NCBI GenBank assembly: GCA_963422375.2 | Contig: OY729428.2 | Location: 1,312,001 to 1,376,000 of the forward strand | From: Bryobacterales bacterium | GTDB taxonomy: Bacteria; Acidobacteriota; Terriglobia; Bryobacterales; UBA6623 | Length of the DNA stretch: 64,000 bases | Direction of reading: 5' to 3' | Shown here: piece after piece, positions 1 to 9,030 of the stretch | How positions within the stretch are numbered: the first letter of the stretch is position 1 | Layout: each line of letters begins with the position of its first letter | Notes under the pieces: generated by a model | Seen by the model: only the letters and a program-made list of their open reading frames with translations | Told to the model about the DNA's origin: nothing | The model's database searches: none | Program-made: the position numbers and the translations under genes

Positions 1-2
1 AG

Positions 3-1067
3 CGCGGCGAGGACGCCCTGGGGCACCCGCTGCGCCGGGTCCTGCTCGAGGCGCCCAACGCGTGGCAGACGGCCTTCGATTTCTGGGAGTGCGTGGTCGA
101 GCATCTCGAGCTGAGAGGCAACCACTACTCGGTGGTGCGGCGCGACGGGGCCGGCCGGGCGGCCGGGCTGGAGCCGCTGCATCCCGACCGGGTGGACGTG
201 CGCTGGGATCCGTCCGAGCGGGCCCCCGGCCGGCGGCCGCTGTACCTCGTGGAGGGGGAGGCCGGCCGGTCCGCGCTGTGGCCGGGCGAGATCTTCCACG
301 TGAGGGGGCCGATGCAGGGCGACGGCCTGCTGGGCTCCTCCCCGATCCGCATCCACCGCGAGACGGTCGGCATGGCCCTGGCGGCGCGCGAGTACGGCGC
401 GCGCCTGTTCGCGAACGACTCGCGCCCGGCCGGGGTGATCGAGACCGACGGGGTCTTCGAGGACGAGTCGCGACGGGAGGAATTCAAGCGGCAGTGGAGG
501 GAGTCCTACGCCGGCCAGCAGCGCCACGGGGTGGCGGTGCTCGAGGCGGGCCTGCGATTCAAGGCCATCGGCATGAGCAACGGCGACGCGCAGTACATCG
601 AGCTGCGCGGCTTCACCGACCTCGAGATCGCGCGGCTGTTCCGCGTCCCGCCGTACAAGATCGGGGTGCTCGAGAAGAGCACGCTGAACAACGTGGAGCA
701 GCAGAACCGCGCCTGGGTGACCGACAAGCTGGCCCCGCTGGCGCGGCGCATCGAGGACGCCGTCCAGCGCGACCTGATCGCGCCCTCGAGCCGCGGCTCG
801 CTGCAGGCGCGCTTCGATTTCTCGCAGCTGCTGCGGGGCGACGTGCGGGCGCGGACCGAGGCCAGCGCGCGGGGCATCCAGTGGGGCTGGCTGAGCCCCA
901 ACGACGTGCGGGCCCGCGAGGGCCTCAATCCGATCGGGCCGGCAGGCGACGTGTACGTCTCGCCGGTGAACATGCGGCCGATGGCGGACCTGCTGGACGG
1001 GTCCGGCGGCCGGGAAGAGGGCGCGGAAGAGGGAGGCGGCGATGGAGCGCAGGGCGCTGGAGGCTAG
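3..1067 (+). CDS. HK97-family portal protein (5' end outside window)
   Basis: Frame open from base 3 (HPLRRVLLEAPNAWQTAFDFWE..LELRGN); EIFHVRG, IARLFRVPP, GWLSPNDVRAREGLNP. Confidence 0.95.
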   Translation, partial: RGEDALGHPLRRVLLEAPNAWQTAFDFWECVVEHLELRGNHYSVVRRDGAGRAAGLEPLHPDRVDVRWDPSERAPGRRPLYLVEGEAGRSALWPGEIFHVRGPMQGDGLLGSSPIRIHRETVGMALAAREYGARLFANDSRPAGVIETDGVFEDESRREEFKRQWRESYAGQQRHGVAVLEAGLRFKAIGMSNGDAQYIELRGFTDLEIARLFRVPPYKIGVLEKSTLNNVEQQNRAWVTDKLAPLARRIEDAVQRDLIAPSSRGSLQARFDFSQLLRGDVRARTEASARGIQWGWLSPNDVRAREGLNPIGPAGDVYVSPVNMRPMADLLDGSGGREEGAEEGGGDGAQGAGG

Positions 1068-1602
1068 CGGGCTGGAGGCGCGCGCCGGGGACGGCGCCGG
1101 GCCGCCCCGCCTGGAAGGGCACGCGGCGGTCTTCGGGGTCGAGGCGGACGTGGCGGGGATGTTCCGCGAGCGGATCGAGGCGGGGGCCTTCGCGGAGACG
1201 CTCGCGCGGGACGACATCCGGGCGTTGCGGAACCACGACCCGGGGCTCGTGCTGGGGCGCACCAGGGCCGGCACGCTGCGCCTGTCCGAGGACGGGCGCG
1301 GGCTGCTGGCGACGATCGACCCGCCGGACGCCGGCTACGCCCGCGACCTGATCGAGTCGGTGCGGCGCGGGGACGTCAGCGGCATGTCCGTCGGCTTCGC
1401 CGTGCTCGACGAGGCGTGGGGCATGGAAAGCGGCGTCGCGATGCGCACGCTCCGCAAGGTCAAGCTCTACGAGGTGTCGGTGGTGACGTTCCCGGCCTAC
1501 GCCGAGACGGACGTGTCGCTGCGCTCGCTGGAAGCCCGGCGGGCGCCGTGGCGGCGCGCGCTGGCCAGGCGCCGCCTGGAGCTGGAGGAGGCCCGGGCCT
1601 GA
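1042..1602 (+). CDS. HK97-family prohead protease
   Basis: ALRNHD, GDVSGMSVGF, LYEVSVVTFPAY motifs. Confidence 0.95.
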   Translation: MERRALEASGLEARAGDGAGPPRLEGHAAVFGVEADVAGMFRERIEAGAFAETLARDDIRALRNHDPGLVLGRTRAGTLRLSEDGRGLLATIDPPDAGYARDLIESVRRGDVSGMSVGFAVLDEAWGMESGVAMRTLRKVKLYEVSVVTFPAYAETDVSLRSLEARRAPWRRALARRRLELEEARA

Positions 1603-1645
1603 GGCCCGGCGGGACGGCCCCGACGGGGCCGGAAGGAGCAATCCG

Positions 1646-2860
1646 ATGGAGATTCGGGAGCTGCAGGAGCAGCGGGCGAAGGCCGTGGCCGACGCCAGGG
1701 CGGTGCTGGACCGCGCCGAGAAGGAGAACCGCGACCTCGGCGCCGAGGAGCGGGCGGCCTACGAGCGGGCCCTGGCCGCGGCCGGGGCGCTGAAGGACCG
1801 CATCGAGCGGCGCCGGCGGCAGGACGACCTCGAGCGCGACATGGCCGCGCTGGAGCCGCCGCCGACGGCCCGCGGCGGCGAGCGGCGCTCGCGCGAGGAG
1901 CTGGTCCGGGACGGGTTCCGCGCGTGGATCGTCAGCGGCCGCGAGGCCCGCGACGACGAGGCGGCCCGCGAGTTCCGCGGCCAGACCGCGGGCAGCGCCG
2001 CCGAGGGCGGCTTCCTGACGGTCCCGGAGCGCTTCGTGACCAGCCTGATCCAGGGCCTGGACGACGCCGTCGTGATGCGCGCCTGGGCCACGATCTACCA
2101 GGTCAACGGGGCCGACAGCCTGGGCGTGCCCACGCTGGACCGCGACCCGGACGACCCGGACTGGACGACCGAGCTGCGCACGGGCTCCGAGGACGAGGGC
2201 ATCCGCTTCGGGAAGCGCTCGCTGCACCCGCACCCGCTGGCCAAGCGCGTGCGCATGAGCAACGAGATCCTGCGGCGGGCCGTGCTGCCGGTGGAGACGA
2301 TCCTGCGGCAGCGCCTCGAGTACAAGGTGGCCGCGGCCCAGGAGCGGGCCTTCCTCGCCGGCAGCGGGGCGCACCAGCCGCTGGGCGTGTTCGCCGTCTC
2401 CGACGACGGCATCCCGGCCGCGCGCGACGTGGCCCAGGGCAACAAGGCGACCGAGATCACCTTCGACGGGCTGATCGGGGCGAAGTTCAGCCTCAAGGGC
2501 GGGCACCGGCGCGCGGCGCGCTGGATCTTCCATCGCGACGCGCTCGAGAAGCTGGCCAAGATCAAGGACAAGGACGGGCGCTACATCTGGTCGGGCTCGG
2601 TGCGCGAGGGCGAGCCGGACCGCCTGCTCGGCCTGCCGTTCTTCGAGTCGGAGTTCGCTCCGCGCAAGTTCGTCTCGGGCGAGACGGTCGGCATCCTGGG
2701 CGATTTCCGGCACTACTGGGTCGCCGACGACATGCGGCTGCAGGTCAAGAGACTGGAGGAGCTGTACGCCGAGACCAACCAGGTCGGCCTGATCCTGCGG
2801 GCGGCCACCGACGGCATGCCGGTGCTGGCGGAAGCCTTCGCCCGCGTGAAGCTGGCCTAG
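1646..2860 (+). CDS. HK97-fold major capsid protein with N-terminal delta domain
   Basis: Coiled-coil N-terminus, GGFLTVPE, KIKDKDGRYIW, LLGLP, GDFRHY; RBS GAAGGAG. Confidence 0.95.
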   Translation: MEIRELQEQRAKAVADARAVLDRAEKENRDLGAEERAAYERALAAAGALKDRIERRRRQDDLERDMAALEPPPTARGGERRSREELVRDGFRAWIVSGREARDDEAAREFRGQTAGSAAEGGFLTVPERFVTSLIQGLDDAVVMRAWATIYQVNGADSLGVPTLDRDPDDPDWTTELRTGSEDEGIRFGKRSLHPHPLAKRVRMSNEILRRAVLPVETILRQRLEYKVAAAQERAFLAGSGAHQPLGVFAVSDDGIPAARDVAQGNKATEITFDGLIGAKFSLKGGHRRAARWIFHRDALEKLAKIKDKDGRYIWSGSVREGEPDRLLGLPFFESEFAPRKFVSGETVGILGDFRHYWVADDMRLQVKRLEELYAETNQVGLILRAATDGMPVLAEAFARVKLA

Positions 2861-2888
2861 GGCCAGCCTGGGGAAAGAGGAGGGGAGC

Positions 2889-3311
2889 ATGAGAGCCCTG
2901 ATCGACCGGGTCCGCGTGATGCGGACCAGCAACGCGGCGGCCGCCGGCAAGACGGACGTCGCCGACGGCACGGCCGTGGACTCGAGCAACTACGAGGGCA
3001 CGCTGTTCGTGGCGGCCGTCGGGACCGTCGTCGACGGCGGCGCCACGGCCGTGCAGGTCGTGGCCAGCGACGAGTCGGACATGAGCGATGCGGAGGAGGT
3101 GGCCGCGGTGGCCGTGCCGGACGGCGGCAGCGACAAGCTGGTGACGATCGACGTGCGCTACGCGCAGCGGCGCTACCTGCGCTGCGTGGTCAAGCGCAAG
3201 ACCGCGAACGCGACGCTCGACGGCGTCGTGGCGCTGCAGTACGGGCCGCGCCGCGAGCCGGCGCCCCGGCACTCGACGGTGCTGGCCTCGGTCCGGGCGG
3301 CGGACCACTAG
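2889..3311 (+). CDS. Putative capsid decoration/cement protein
   Basis: Directly after capsid gene; beta-rich 140 aa with RRYLRCVV. Confidence 0.5.
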   Translation: MRALIDRVRVMRTSNAAAAGKTDVADGTAVDSSNYEGTLFVAAVGTVVDGGATAVQVVASDESDMSDAEEVAAVAVPDGGSDKLVTIDVRYAQRRYLRCVVKRKTANATLDGVVALQYGPRREPAPRHSTVLASVRAADH

Positions 3312-3868
3312 TGCGGACGCTGGAAGCGCTGGACGATCCCGGCGGCCCGCCGCTGGGCCTCGACGCGGTCAAGGCCCACCTGCGGATCGAGGGGGAGGGC
3401 GAGGACGAGGCGGTCCGGCTGATCGCCGCGGCCGCCGCGGCCCGGGCCGAGTCCTTCGCCCGGCTGGGCCTGTCGGCGCGGCGGATGCGGCTGACGCTGG
3501 ACGGCTTCCCGCCGGGAGGGCGGCCCGCGCAACTGCCGCGGCCGCCCGTGCCGGAGGTGGAGTCGGTCCTGTACCTGGGCCCCGACGGGGCCCAGCGCGA
3601 GCTGCCGGCGGACGGGTACCGCCTGGACGCGGCGCGCGGCCGGATCGCCCCGGCCGGCGGCGCCTGGCCGGCCGCGGCCCCCGCCCCGGGGTCGGTGGCG
3701 GTGACCTACCGGGGGGGCTACGCGCGGGCCGCGGACGTGCCCGCGCCCGTGCTGCAGGCGGTCCTGCTGATCGCGGGGAGCCTGTACGAGCATCCCGACG
3801 GGGAGGGGCCCGGGCTGCCGGCCGCGGCGCGGTCGCTGCTGGCCCCCTACCGCCGGATTGCCGCGTGA
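3311..3868 (+). CDS. Head-tail connector (gp6-like)
   Basis: LDAVKAHLRI...VPAPVLQAVLLIAGSLYEH. Confidence 0.85.
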   Translation: MRTLEALDDPGGPPLGLDAVKAHLRIEGEGEDEAVRLIAAAAAARAESFARLGLSARRMRLTLDGFPPGGRPAQLPRPPVPEVESVLYLGPDGAQRELPADGYRLDAARGRIAPAGGAWPAAAPAPGSVAVTYRGGYARAADVPAPVLQAVLLIAGSLYEHPDGEGPGLPAAARSLLAPYRRIAA

Positions 3869-3878
3869 AGGAGGAACC

Positions 3879-4208
3879 GTGAGAGACGCGCTGATTTTCC
3901 TCGCGCTCGCCGCGACGGCCCTGGCGGGCATGGGCGCGGTGGACGCGCTGGCCGGGCCGCGGCCCGGCGAGCTGGAGCGGGCCCTGGCGGCGTGGCTGGG
4001 CAAGACGTTCACCTGCGCCGGGGCCACGCTGTTCTTTCTCGGGATGAAGAGGGCGCTCTTCCCCGAGTTCGACATCTTGAGGGTGATCCACGGCGAGCCG
4101 CCGTTCAGCCCGCACGGGGAGGACGTGCCCCGGGCGGCCTACATCGTGGGCTGGTGCCTGCTGTACGGGGCGACGCTGCTGGCCTTCGGCTGGGGCGGGG
4201 CGTACTGA
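3879..4208 (+). CDS. Putative holin (about 3 TM segments)
   Basis: RBS AAGGAGG before GTG; hydrophobic segments; directly upstream of endolysin. Confidence 0.55.
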   Translation: MRDALIFLALAATALAGMGAVDALAGPRPGELERALAAWLGKTFTCAGATLFFLGMKRALFPEFDILRVIHGEPPFSPHGEDVPRAAYIVGWCLLYGATLLAFGWGGAY

Positions 4209-4747
4209 TGCTCCTGCTGGCCGCGGCCCTGCTGGCGGTGCCGTGCGAGCTGGCCCCGGTCTTCGAGGCCGAGCTCGGCCGCGCCGGGGCGGCGGCGATG
4301 CGGGCCGAGCTGGCCGCGCAGATCCACCGCGAGTCGTCGTGGCGCCCGCGGGCGCGCTCGCGCTACGCCAGCGGGCTGGCCCAGTTCACCCCGCCGACGT
4401 GGAGCGACATCGCGCCGCTGACGGTCCCGCCCTGCGACGGGGCGGACCCGACCGACCCGGGCTGCGCGATCCGGGCCCAGATCGTCTACATGCGGCGGCT
4501 GCTGGCGCGCTACCGCTTCGACCGCGACCGGTGGGAGTTCGCGTGGGCGGCCTACAACGGCGGCCCGGGCTGGATCGGGCGCGAGAAGTCGCGCTGCCGG
4601 CGCGAGCCGGGCTGCGACCCGCGGCGCTGGACGGGCCACGTCGAGCGGCACTGCATCCGGGCCGCCTGGGCCTGCGCGGAGAACCGCGCCTACCCGGCGA
4701 AAGTCGGGGGCCTCGTGCCCCTGTACCGGGAGGGCGGCTGCCGCTAG
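4208..4747 (+). CDS. Lytic transglycosylase (SLT) endolysin with hydrophobic N-terminus
   Basis: AQIHRESSW (catalytic E), GLAQFTP, AAYNGGPG, ENRAY; TGATG coupling. Confidence 0.9.
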   Translation: MLLLAAALLAVPCELAPVFEAELGRAGAAAMRAELAAQIHRESSWRPRARSRYASGLAQFTPPTWSDIAPLTVPPCDGADPTDPGCAIRAQIVYMRRLLARYRFDRDRWEFAWAAYNGGPGWIGREKSRCRREPGCDPRRWTGHVERHCIRAAWACAENRAYPAKVGGLVPLYREGGCR

Positions 4748-4766
4748 CGGGCCGGAAGGGAATCCG

Positions 4767-4982
4767 ATGAAGAATCCGATGAAGACGCTGGGGCTCGCGG
4801 CCCTGGGCTGCGCCTCGATCGTGCTCGCGTTCCTGTGGGCGATGAACGTGCACGAGCTGGGGCAGCGGATAGAGCGGATGGCCTTGCTGGCGTTCCAAAT
4901 CGGGCCGGCGGTGGTGTTCGTGTCGTGCGGCGCGCTGGCGCTGCATTTGGCCTGGCAGTGCGCCCGGGGGGACTGCGAGTGA
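4767..4982 (+). CDS. Small 2-TM membrane protein
   Basis: Two hydrophobic stretches, inside lysis cassette. Confidence 0.5.
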   Translation: MKNPMKTLGLAALGCASIVLAFLWAMNVHELGQRIERMALLAFQIGPAVVFVSCGALALHLAWQCARGDCE

Positions 4983-4984
4983 CC

Positions 4985-5308
4985 ATGATCGAAGCGTTGT
5001 GCACGGCCCTGGCGCTGGCGTTCCTGTCGCCGCTGGCGGCGTTCGGGGCGGCGGCCTTCGTCGAGGGCGGGCGGCGGCGGCGGGCTTACCGCCGGCTGGC
5101 GTCCGACCCCCTGGTGCGCGTCGGAGCGGCCATCGAGCGGCTGGAGATAGAGGGCCTGCCGCACACCGCCCTGCGGGACTGCCGGATCGTCGAGTTCGGG
5201 GTCGGGCGCATGGCCGTGCGGGACGCCCGGGGCGCGGTGATGACGTTCACCGGGCGGGAGTTCGAGCGCTTGCACCCCGTGTTCGCGCCGCCCGAGGAGC
5301 GGTCGTGA
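4985..5308 (+). CDS. Membrane-anchored hypothetical protein
   Basis: N-terminal TM then beta-rich domain; tightly coupled to neighbours. Confidence 0.5.
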   Translation: MIEALCTALALAFLSPLAAFGAAAFVEGGRRRRAYRRLASDPLVRVGAAIERLEIEGLPHTALRDCRIVEFGVGRMAVRDARGAVMTFTGREFERLHPVFAPPEERS

Positions 5309-5526
5309 CGGCGTTCCGGCCGCGCCCCGTGCCTGTCGCGGCGCTGTTCGCGGGGCTCGTATTGCTCGCGAACGCGCGCTGGCTGGAGATCGCCTGCGGC
5401 CTGCTGCTGGCGGTCGGCGGGCTGGCGGCCACGCTGCAGTCCGGGGCCTGGTCGGCGCTCTGCGGGCCTCTCGAGCGGCTGGCGGAGGCCTGGGAGGCCC
5501 GGAACCGCCGCAAGGGGGGCGCGTGA
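5305..5526 (+). CDS. Small 2-TM membrane protein
   Basis: GTGA overlaps at both ends; hydrophobic. Confidence 0.5.
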   Translation: MTAFRPRPVPVAALFAGLVLLANARWLEIACGLLLAVGGLAATLQSGAWSALCGPLERLAEAWEARNRRKGGA

Positions 5527-6173
5527 GCGCCTGGGCCCTGGCGGGGGCGCTGGCCGCCGGCGTCGGGCTGGGCTTCGGCCTGGCGGCCCTGCTGCCGTCC
5601 CCGGGCCTGCCCGCGCAGGCGCTCGCCATCTGGGAGCGGGCCGGCCGGGCGCGGATCGAGGCCGAGGCGCGAGCCTACGCGGCGGAGATGGGCTTGCGGG
5701 CCGCGGCCGTGAGGGAGGCTCGCGAGGCGGCCGAGGCCGCCCGCGCCGAGGCCGAGCGGAGGGGCTCGGAAACGGTCGCCGCGGTCGCCGCGGCCGAGCG
5801 GGAGACACTGCCCGTAGCCGCGCTCGACCGGAAGCGCTTGGAGCTGCTCCGCGCGGATCTGCCGGAGGCCCTGCGGGTCAGCGGCGAGGAGATCGAGGCG
5901 CTGTTCCGGCAGGTGGCCGCCTTGCGGGACGCCCTGGCGGCGGCGCGCCGGGAGACCGTTTCCGTGCGGGAGCTGGCCGACCGCTTCGAGGAGCTGGCGC
6001 AGCGCGAGCGGGCGGCCCGGGAGCTGGCCGAGGCCCGCGCCGGGACGCTCGAGGGGAGGCAGCGCTGGAAGCTGCGCTGGGGCGTCGGCGCGACGGCCGG
6101 CGCGGTCAAGGGATTCGGTCCCGGCTGGTCGCCGGGGGCGTCGATGGGCCTGACGGTCCTGTTCGGGAGGTAA
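5523..6173 (+). CDS. Spanin-like protein (N-terminal TM, coiled coil, C-terminal beta-hairpin)
   Basis: Architecture and position in lysis cassette. Confidence 0.5.
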   Translation: MSAWALAGALAAGVGLGFGLAALLPSPGLPAQALAIWERAGRARIEAEARAYAAEMGLRAAAVREAREAAEAARAEAERRGSETVAAVAAAERETLPVAALDRKRLELLRADLPEALRVSGEEIEALFRQVAALRDALAAARRETVSVRELADRFEELAQRERAARELAEARAGTLEGRQRWKLRWGVGATAGAVKGFGPGWSPGASMGLTVLFGR

Positions 6174-6176
6174 GGA

Positions 6177-6458
6177 ATGGGCGAGTGGGTGCAGGTCGTG
6201 GACAGCGGCGTCAGCCTGGTCATATTGATCGTGGCCGCGGCCTTCTTCGTGCAGCGCGCCACGCGCTCGATGAGCCAGATCGCGGAGATGCACGCGATGG
6301 TGTCCCGGTCCTGCGGGGATCTGGCGGAGACGCACGCCAAGGTCGGCGAGGCCTGCGACCAGCTGGTCTCGCTGACCGGCATGCGCCGCCGGGAGCACGC
6401 CGAGATCCTGCGGGCGATCGAGGAGCTGGGGGCGGCCCGGGAGCGCCGGGAGCGATGA
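6177..6458 (+). CDS. Single-TM holin-like protein
   Basis: RBS AAGGA; VSLVILIVAAAFFV TM followed by helical tail. Confidence 0.45.
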   Translation: MGEWVQVVDSGVSLVILIVAAAFFVQRATRSMSQIAEMHAMVSRSCGDLAETHAKVGEACDQLVSLTGMRRREHAEILRAIEELGAARERRER

Positions 6459-6778
6459 AGCCGTACCGCCTGGACCGGCGCGTCGTCCTGCTGGAGCCGC
6501 GCCCGGAGCGGGATCCCGCCACCGGCGAGACAGTCGCGGGCGAGCCCGCCGAGCATCCCTGCTGGGCGGCCCGGCGGGACCTCGGCGGGCGCGAGAGGCT
6601 GCGGGACGGGGTGGAGTTCGGCGAGGAGCGCGCCCGCTTCGTGATCCGCTGGCGGGACGGGGTGCGGCCCCACTGGCGGCTGCGCGACGAGCGCGGCGCC
6701 GAGCACGCCATCGAGGGGCTGGCCGAGATCGGCCGCCGCCGCTACCTGGAGATCCTGGCCGCGAGGGCGGGGAGATGA
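6455..6778 (+). CDS. Head-tail adaptor/stopper (SPP1 gp16-like)
   Basis: LDRRVVLLE...CWA...RFVIRWRDGV...IEGLAEIGRRRYLEI. Confidence 0.85.
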   Translation: MKPYRLDRRVVLLEPRPERDPATGETVAGEPAEHPCWAARRDLGGRERLRDGVEFGEERARFVIRWRDGVRPHWRLRDERGAEHAIEGLAEIGRRRYLEILAARAGR

Positions 6779-7146
6779 GCCGCGCGGGCGAGCCGCCCGA
6801 GGAGCACGTGGTGCGCATGGCGCGGGAGGCGGGCCTGGGATGCTACCCGGTCGTCGTGCCGGAGTCCGCCGGGATCCCGGATCCGGCGGTCGCGGCGTGC
6901 GTGTACGCGGCGACGGGCGGGACGCTCTCGCCCTCGCCGGCCTTCCGGGCCGGGGCGCGGCTGACGCGGTCGATCCGCGTGACGGCGCTGGCCGCGCGCT
7001 GGAAGGACGCCCGGGACGCGGCCGACCGCTTCGTCGGCCGGCTGCGGCAGGGCGGCCGCATGATCGCCTGCGCGGGCCCGGTCGACGGGTACGACCCGGA
7101 CCTGGAACTCTACCAGCGGTCGGTGACGGCGGAGATCGCCCTGTGA
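6775..7146 (+). CDS. Putative tail terminator/completion protein
   Basis: Position; C-terminal DGYDPDLELYQRSV typical of DUF3168-like proteins. Confidence 0.6.
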   Translation: MSRAGEPPEEHVVRMAREAGLGCYPVVVPESAGIPDPAVAACVYAATGGTLSPSPAFRAGARLTRSIRVTALAARWKDARDAADRFVGRLRQGGRMIACAGPVDGYDPDLELYQRSVTAEIAL

Positions 7147-7628
7147 CGGCCGCCGACGTGGACCTGTCGGGCGCCGCGGCCATGATCCGGGAGCTCGAGT
7201 CGCTGCCCGGCGTCCTGGCCGAGGTCGCGATCGGGGACGGCCTGGCCGCGGCGGCGGAGGAGATCCGGCGCGCCGCGCGGCGCTCGGACGCCTTCGAGGA
7301 CCGTACCGGCGGCCTGCGCCTGTCGCTCGCGGCCAGGCGCGGCAGGCGCAGGTACAGGCCGTCGGCCCTGGTGCTCACCCGGGGGCCCGCGGGGGCGCAC
7401 GGGCACCTGGTGGAGTTCGGCACGGGGCCGCGCGTCGTCCGCAAGACCGGCCGGAGCGCGGGCCGCATGCCGGCCCGGCCGTTCCTGGCGCCGGCCGCGC
7501 GAGCGGCGGGCGACGCCCCGCTCCGGGCGTTCGCCGCCGGCTTGCGCGAGAACTTCCGGCGGGTGGAGCGAGAGATGAAGGGCGAGCGCAAGGCCGGCGC
7601 GAAGACGCGCCGGGCCCTGGCCGCCTAG
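7143..7628 (+). CDS. HK97 gp10-like tail component
   Basis: DRTGGLRLSL, HGHLVEFGT, MPARPFLAPA. Confidence 0.85.
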   Translation: MTAADVDLSGAAAMIRELESLPGVLAEVAIGDGLAAAAEEIRRAARRSDAFEDRTGGLRLSLAARRGRRRYRPSALVLTRGPAGAHGHLVEFGTGPRVVRKTGRSAGRMPARPFLAPAARAAGDAPLRAFAAGLRENFRRVEREMKGERKAGAKTRRALAA

Positions 7629-7658
7629 GGAGAGGGACGGAGACGAAAGGTTACACCC

Positions 7659-8312
7659 ATGGGACTCACGGTACACGGCAGCGAGTTCGCCAAGCTCGAG
7701 GTCGAGCTGGGCGGGAAATTCGCCGAGGTGCCCGGCGTGACGGGCTACAGCGAGAGCGGGGGCGAGGCCCCCGACAGGGAGATCGTGTCCTTCGGGACCG
7801 TGGCCAAGCGCACCGGCCTGGCGCGGGTGCCGACGGTCGAGGTGCAGGCCGTCTACCAGCCGGCGCACCCGGTCTGGAAGGGCCTGCGCAAGGCCATGCT
7901 CGACGGCACGGCGCTGCGCTTCCAGCTCGAGACCCGGGGGGAGACGGTCTACGAGATCGACAAGGACGGGCACACGGCGGCGATCGCCGCCAAAAGCGGG
8001 GCGGTGACCTTGGTCGGCGACGAGAAGCCCGACCTGTCCGAGCCGCGGTTCGGCGAGGGGATGGTACTGCAGATCGGCAGCGCCAAGCGGGTCATCCGGT
8101 CGATCTCCGCCGACGGCGCGGCCGCGGTCGAGGGGACCGACGCCGTCGGCGCGGCCAAGGACTACAAGATCCTCCTGCCGTCCCTGCGGCGGGGGCCGTT
8201 CCCCGCCACGGTGCGGTCGGCGGGCAACGTCAGCCTGGAGTCCGAGGGCGACCTCACGACCACGCTGTCCCTGTCGCCGCGGGCGCCGCTGCCCGAGTGG
8301 GTGATCGCGTGA
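7659..8312 (+). CDS. Major tail tube protein
   Basis: Position before chaperone and tape measure genes; beta-rich tube-like sequence. Confidence 0.7.
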   Translation: MGLTVHGSEFAKLEVELGGKFAEVPGVTGYSESGGEAPDREIVSFGTVAKRTGLARVPTVEVQAVYQPAHPVWKGLRKAMLDGTALRFQLETRGETVYEIDKDGHTAAIAAKSGAVTLVGDEKPDLSEPRFGEGMVLQIGSAKRVIRSISADGAAAVEGTDAVGAAKDYKILLPSLRRGPFPATVRSAGNVSLESEGDLTTTLSLSPRAPLPEWVIA

Positions 8313-8722
8313 CGGCGCGGGCCGCGGCGAGAAGGCCGGCCGACGCCGCCGGCATCCGGGCCCTGCTGGGGGCGCCGGTCGAGGTCGAGGCCGAGGGGCT
8401 CGCGCTGGAATTGCGCCAGCCGGCCGCGTCGGCGGCTCTCGCGCTGCGCGAGAGCCTGTTCGAGCGCGCGCGCGCGGGGGACCCGGGCGGCGGGTACCTG
8501 CTGGACGCGTCCGCCGAGGCCGCCCGGGCCTGCCTGGGGCTGGACCTGGACGAGGAGGAGGGCAGGCGCCTGGTGATCCGCTGCGGCGGCGAGTCCGGGC
8601 GGCTGGCCCGGGAGTCGCTGAAGCTGTGCGGACTGGCCGCGCTGCTGCCCGCGGAGCCGGAGCCCTCGGAGCCGGGCCCGGACGCGGAGGGCGAGGGCTC
8701 CGACCCGACCCCTTTTTCGTAG
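8309..8722 (+). CDS. Tail assembly chaperone (gpG-like)
   Basis: Position; ends at slippery site C CCT TTT. Confidence 0.7.
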   Translation: MTARAAARRPADAAGIRALLGAPVEVEAEGLALELRQPAASAALALRESLFERARAGDPGGGYLLDASAEAARACLGLDLDEEEGRRLVIRCGGESGRLARESLKLCGLAALLPAEPEPSEPGPDAEGEGSDPTPFS

Positions 8723-9030
8723 CCCGGGCCGTGGGGCTGCCGCTGCGCGAGGCCCTGGCCATGCCGTACTCGGAATACCGGGCCTGGGAACGCCACTTCC
8801 GGCGCTGGCCGCCCCTGGAGGCGGTCGCGCCGCGCCTGCTGGCGACCCTGGCCGCCCTGGTGAGTAACGCGGGATTCAAGGTGGACCGCCCGTTGCGTCC
8901 GGACGACTACGCGCCCTGGCTGACGAGCGAGAGCGCGCGGCGCCGCGCGCGGCAGGCCGCGGCGGCCGCGCGAGTCGGGGAAGCGTACCGCAGGAGCGGC
9001 GGGAACGGCAAGAGCGGCAGGCATGGCTGA
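8710..9030 (+). CDS. Tail assembly chaperone gpT extension reached by -1 frameshift
   Basis: -1 frame reads PFFVARAVGLPLREALAMPYSEYRAWERHF, typical gpT-like sequence. Confidence 0.75.
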   Translation, partial: PFFVARAVGLPLREALAMPYSEYRAWERHFRRWPPLEAVAPRLLATLAALVSNAGFKVDRPLRPDDYAPWLTSESARRRARQAAAAARVGEAYRRSGGNGKSGRHG

